This document shows positions 60,190 to 64,000 of a stretch of 64,000 nucleotides of DNA, in pieces. Every line of letters begins with the position of its first letter. The first letter of the stretch is position 1. Source of the DNA: Arenimonas sp. (lineage in GTDB: Bacteria > Pseudomonadota > Gammaproteobacteria > Xanthomonadales > Xanthomonadaceae); contig NZ_JBILBO010000008.1 of NCBI RefSeq assembly GCF_044353605.1, positions 3,706-67,705 on the forward strand, given 5' to 3'. Made by a program: the position numbers and the translations under genes. Below the pieces are notes generated by a model. That model did no database searches, had not been told where the DNA came from, and saw only the letters and a list, made by a program, of their open reading frames with translations.

Positions 60190-61542
60190 ATGGCCCCTGT
60201 CCTCAAGAATCTGTCCGTCGTCGTTGATCCGGCGGCGTTGCAGCGCCTCGATAGGGTGCGTTATCCGCTGCTGCTGCAAAGCGTCGCTGGCGGAAATGCA
60301 TTGTCCCGCTGGGACATCCTGTTCATCGGCAATGGCGAAGGTCTTTATAGCCGCGATGGCAAGACCTGTGGGCTTGATGGGGTAATGCATGACGGCCATT
60401 TTCTTAAGGCCTTTGATGCGGCATTTCAGAACCAGTCCCATGCCGTTGAGGAAGATGACTTGCCCTTTCACGGCGGTTGGGCGCTGTATCTGGGATATGA
60501 AGTCGCCGGTCAGATTGAAACCTCCCTGGACTTACCGGCATTCGCCGGCCCCTTGCCGGATGCACTGGCGCTACGCTGCCCGGCGGCCATTCTTTTCGAT
60601 CGCATTGAAAACCGCTGTCTGGCGGTTGCTGAACCAGGTCATGCCCACTTGCTGACCGCAATCGAGAACGATATTGCCTTAGCGGCGGCCTTGCCGCCGG
60701 TGCAAGACTGGCCAACGGTCGGCGAATGCCATGAAGATAATCCAGACCGTTTCACTTCCGGTGTCGCACGCATACTGGACTACCTGAAAGCCGGTGACGT
60801 TTTTCAGGTGAATCTGTCACGCGCGTGGAATGGCCGTTTTCCGGGTGCCAATGCCGATGCTCTGTACGCGCGTTTATGCAGGATGAATCCGGCGCCATTC
60901 GCCGGCTTGCTGCGGGTTGCCGATTGGGCGCTCCTTAGCTCTTCGCCGGAGCGTCTGGTCAGCGTCAAGGCCGGCCGCGTGCAGACACGCCCGATTGCCG
61001 GAACGCGCCCGCGCATGCCCGGCGATGACGAGGCCGCAAAGATCCGTGAGTTGATCGGCCACCCCAAAGAGCGCGCCGAACATGTGATGCTGATTGATCT
61101 GGAGCGCAACGATCTGTCGCGCGTGTGTGAACCGGGCTCGGTGAAGGTCGACGAGTTGATGAGCGTTGAAACCTATGCGCATGTGCACCATATCGTTTCC
61201 AATGTCACCGGTACGCTCAGGACGGGCACTACGCCCGGATCGGTCATTGCCGCGGTGTTTCCTGGCGGCACCATCACCGGCTGCCCGAAGGTGCGCTGCA
61301 TGGAAATCATCGCGGAGTTGGAGCAAAGCGGGCGCGGTCCCTACACCGGCGCGCTCGGTTATGTCGATGGCAATGGCGACATGGATCTGAACATTCTGAT
61401 CCGCAGCCTGTGGCTGCAGGGCGATGTGCTGCAGCTGCGGGCCGGCGGCGGCATCGTCGCCGATTCCAATCCCGACAATGAACTGCTGGAAACCCGGGCC
61501 AAGGCCAAGGGTCTGCTGCGGGCGATTGGAGCCGTGGAATGA
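60190..61542 (+). CDS. pabB: Aminodeoxychorismate synthase component I
   Basis: GDVFQVNLS, SSPER, PIAGT, KERAEH, FPGGTITG; upstream of pabC. Confidence 0.88.
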   Translation: MAPVLKNLSVVVDPAALQRLDRVRYPLLLQSVAGGNALSRWDILFIGNGEGLYSRDGKTCGLDGVMHDGHFLKAFDAAFQNQSHAVEEDDLPFHGGWALYLGYEVAGQIETSLDLPAFAGPLPDALALRCPAAILFDRIENRCLAVAEPGHAHLLTAIENDIALAAALPPVQDWPTVGECHEDNPDRFTSGVARILDYLKAGDVFQVNLSRAWNGRFPGANADALYARLCRMNPAPFAGLLRVADWALLSSSPERLVSVKAGRVQTRPIAGTRPRMPGDDEAAKIRELIGHPKERAEHVMLIDLERNDLSRVCEPGSVKVDELMSVETYAHVHHIVSNVTGTLRTGTTPGSVIAAVFPGGTITGCPKVRCMEIIAELEQSGRGPYTGALGYVDGNGDMDLNILIRSLWLQGDVLQLRAGGGIVADSNPDNELLETRAKAKGLLRAIGAVE

Positions 61543-62345
61543 GTACCGTGATTTTCCAGGGTAATGACCGCGTTCAAGTGCTGTCTCCGCAGGATCGTGG
61601 CTTGATCTATGGTGACGGTCTATTCGAAACCTTGCGCGCCAGCCGTGGTGATTTGCCTTGGTGGCGCGCGCATTGGCGGCGTTTGCAGCAGGGGGCCGAG
61701 CGCCTCGGTCTGGCATTGCCCGATGAAGGCATGATTCATGCCGCCGCGAAGGAATTACTCGATGCCCGATCACAGGTGCTGAAGATCATCCTGACCCGCG
61801 GCGAATCGGGGCGGGGCTATCTGCCGGTCACAGGGCCGGCCACGTGCATTCTCAGCACGCACCCTTTGCCGCCACCGATTGCCGAACCCTTGCGCCTGCA
61901 TTGGTGCACGACTCCGATTGCGCAGCAGCCGGTGTTGGCCGGCATGAAGCATCTTAACCGTCTTGAAAATGTCCTGGCCCGTCGCGAATGTGCCGACACC
62001 GGCCATGACGAAGGGCTGATGCGCGATCGCGAAGGCCATGTGGTCTGCGCTACTGCCGCCAATGTGTTTGTTTATGCCGGCGGGCAGTGGCATACGCCTG
62101 AACTCTCGCAATGTGGCATTGCCGGCATTGCCCGGGAACATCTGCTGTCCATGCTGGAGCATGTCCACATTGGTCCGCTTACGCGTGCCGGGATGGAAGC
62201 CGCCGATGCAGTTTTTCTGTGCAATGCCGTTCGCGGTATCATGGAGGTCCGCCGTATCGGATCCGTTCCGATCAACGGCCACGCGGACTTGGACGCGCTG
62301 CAACAGCGCTTTCTGGACGCCCATCCGTTTTTTGCTGACGAGTAA
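61539..62345 (+). CDS. pabC: Aminodeoxychorismate lyase
   Basis: YGDGLFET, GMKHLNRL, class IV PLP enzyme motifs. Confidence 0.92.
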   Translation: MSTVIFQGNDRVQVLSPQDRGLIYGDGLFETLRASRGDLPWWRAHWRRLQQGAERLGLALPDEGMIHAAAKELLDARSQVLKIILTRGESGRGYLPVTGPATCILSTHPLPPPIAEPLRLHWCTTPIAQQPVLAGMKHLNRLENVLARRECADTGHDEGLMRDREGHVVCATAANVFVYAGGQWHTPELSQCGIAGIAREHLLSMLEHVHIGPLTRAGMEAADAVFLCNAVRGIMEVRRIGSVPINGHADLDALQQRFLDAHPFFADE

Positions 62346-62348
62346 GGC

Positions 62349-63362
62349 ATGGCCAAGAAAAACCGCTGGCGCAAATACTTTTTTCTCACCGGGATGCTGG
62401 CAATCGCGCTCAGTGTGTTCGGATATTTGCGCTTGCGTGATTTCGGACAGACTCCTTTGCCGCTTCCGGCAACAGCGATGGTAACGGTCGCCAAAGGCGA
62501 TGGCTTGAACCGCGTACTGCCGAAGCTGCGTGCTTCCGGAATGAGCCAGGGTTGGGATTGGCAATGGAAGGTGCTGGCCCTGCAGATGGACATGGCCGGC
62601 CGAATCCATGTCGGTGATTATGAATTCAAGAATGGCATCACGCCCGCCGGTGTGCTGGCCATGCTGGCGAGTGGCGATACCGTCCGGGTGAAATACACCT
62701 TGGTGGAAGGACGCAGTTTCCGGCAAATGCGCGCCGAGCTGGCGGCTTTGTCCGAACTGGATGATGATCTTGCCGGAAAGTCCGATGCGGACATCATGAC
62801 GCTTTTGGGGCGTAAGGGCGTGCATCCCGAAGGCCGTTTCCTGCCCGATACCTACTTCGTACCGAAATCCGGAAAACGCAGTGATCTGCTGCGGCAGGCT
62901 GCCGAGGCCATGGACGTCGCGTTGGCCGCGAGCTGGAACGGACGCGATTCCGGTCTGCCGCTGAAGACTCCGGATGAAATGCTTACGCTGGCTTCGATTA
63001 TCGAAAAGGAAACCGGCAAAGCCGAGGAACGCCCTCAGATTTCCGGAGTGTTCGTGCGCCGCTTGCAGAAAGGCATGCGTCTGGAAACCGACCCGACCGT
63101 CATCTACGGCATCGGTGACGCGTATGATGGCAATATCCGCAAAAAAGACCTGCAGACCGTGACCCCTTACAACACCTACCGTATGCATGGCTTGCCGCCG
63201 ACACCGATCGCGATGCCCGGGCGCGCTGCGCTGGAGGCGGCAGCACATCCGGCGCCGGGCGAGTCCTTGTTCTTCGTGGCCACCGGCGACGGCGGTCATG
63301 TATTCTCCGCCACTTACGAGCAGCACCGCAAAGCGGTGAAAACCTATCAGTTGAAGCCCTGA
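62349..63362 (+). CDS. mltG: Endolytic transglycosylase
   Basis: LASIIEKET, LETDPTV, YNTY, LPPTPI. Confidence 0.96.
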   Translation: MAKKNRWRKYFFLTGMLAIALSVFGYLRLRDFGQTPLPLPATAMVTVAKGDGLNRVLPKLRASGMSQGWDWQWKVLALQMDMAGRIHVGDYEFKNGITPAGVLAMLASGDTVRVKYTLVEGRSFRQMRAELAALSELDDDLAGKSDADIMTLLGRKGVHPEGRFLPDTYFVPKSGKRSDLLRQAAEAMDVALAASWNGRDSGLPLKTPDEMLTLASIIEKETGKAEERPQISGVFVRRLQKGMRLETDPTVIYGIGDAYDGNIRKKDLQTVTPYNTYRMHGLPPTPIAMPGRAALEAAAHPAPGESLFFVATGDGGHVFSATYEQHRKAVKTYQLKP

Positions 63363-63363
63363 C

Positions 63364-63993
63364 ATGCCCCAGAATTCCGGAAAACTCATCAGCATCGAAG
63401 GCGGCGAAGGCGCCGGTAAAACGACGGTGTTCAACGCCATCCGCCAGTTCCTCAGTGATGCCGGCATCACGGTCATCGGTACCCGTGAACCGGGTGGCAC
63501 GGAAGTCGGCGAGCGTATCCGCCAGGTGCTGTTATCGCCCGATCACCGCATCGTGCCGGAAGCGGAGCTGCTGCTGATGTTCGCCTCGCGCGCGCAATTG
63601 GTGCAGAAGCTAGTCCGTCCGGCGTTGGCAGAAGGACAATATGTGCTGACCGATCGTTTCACCGATGCCAGCTTCGCCTATCAGGGTGGGGGCCGCGGCT
63701 TGCCGATGGCACAGATCGAGGCCCTCGAACGGGACTTCGTCGGCATCCGTCCCGATTTGACCTTGCTGCTCGATCTGGGCGTGGAGCAGGGCATGGCACG
63801 CGCACAAGCCCGCGGGCAGGCTTTGGACCGCATCGAGCAGGAGCGTACCGATTTTTTTCAGCGTGTGCGCGAAACCTATCGGCAGCGGGCCGAGCAGGAG
63901 CCGGAGCGTATCGTTATCATCGATGCCTCGCAGCCACAGGATGATGTCGTGCGGCAGGTCCTCGCGGCGGTCGGCCGTTGGATGGCGGCATGA
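63364..63993 (+). CDS. tmk: Thymidylate kinase
   Basis: EGGEGAGKTT, REPGG, DRF. Confidence 0.97.
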   Translation: MPQNSGKLISIEGGEGAGKTTVFNAIRQFLSDAGITVIGTREPGGTEVGERIRQVLLSPDHRIVPEAELLLMFASRAQLVQKLVRPALAEGQYVLTDRFTDASFAYQGGGRGLPMAQIEALERDFVGIRPDLTLLLDLGVEQGMARAQARGQALDRIEQERTDFFQRVRETYRQRAEQEPERIVIIDASQPQDDVVRQVLAAVGRWMAA

Positions 63994-64000
63994 CCCTCAG
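63990..64000 (+). CDS. holB: Probable start of DNA polymerase III delta' (truncated)
   Basis: ATG overlaps the tmk stop (ATGA). Identity rests on mltG-tmk-holB synteny only. Confidence 0.4.

Overview
Gammaproteobacterial chromosome segment. Gene order (lexA-recA-recX-alaS-csrA; tig-clpP-clpX-lon-hupB-ppiD; gloB-rnhA-dnaQ; kdkA-moaACDE; dnaX-recR; yceD-rpmF-fab-pabBC-mltG-tmk) and a TTAGTAG-N5-CTACTAA LexA box point to Xanthomonadales (inference). Most of the window is housekeeping, with 10 tRNAs and the SRP RNA. Two accessory regions stand out. (1) At the left edge, a minus-strand operon divergent from lexA encodes a TIR-transmembrane-TPR protein, two paralogous small beta-rich proteins (one with a signal peptide, one without) and a SLOG + SLATT-like membrane protein. 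The ORF track misses the last gene because it runs off the window. Together these suggest a receptor-like nucleotide second-messenger system and are the best candidate for an undescribed system. (2) A 12.7-kb AT-richer island is integrated at tRNA-Ser(CGA) with a 14-bp att duplication. It has a phage-satellite-like backbone (integrase, AlpA, primase-helicase) and a five-gene cargo: two m6A methyltransferases of different classes flanking a split three-component McrBC-like module. All family assignments come from motif reading by eye; no database searches were run.
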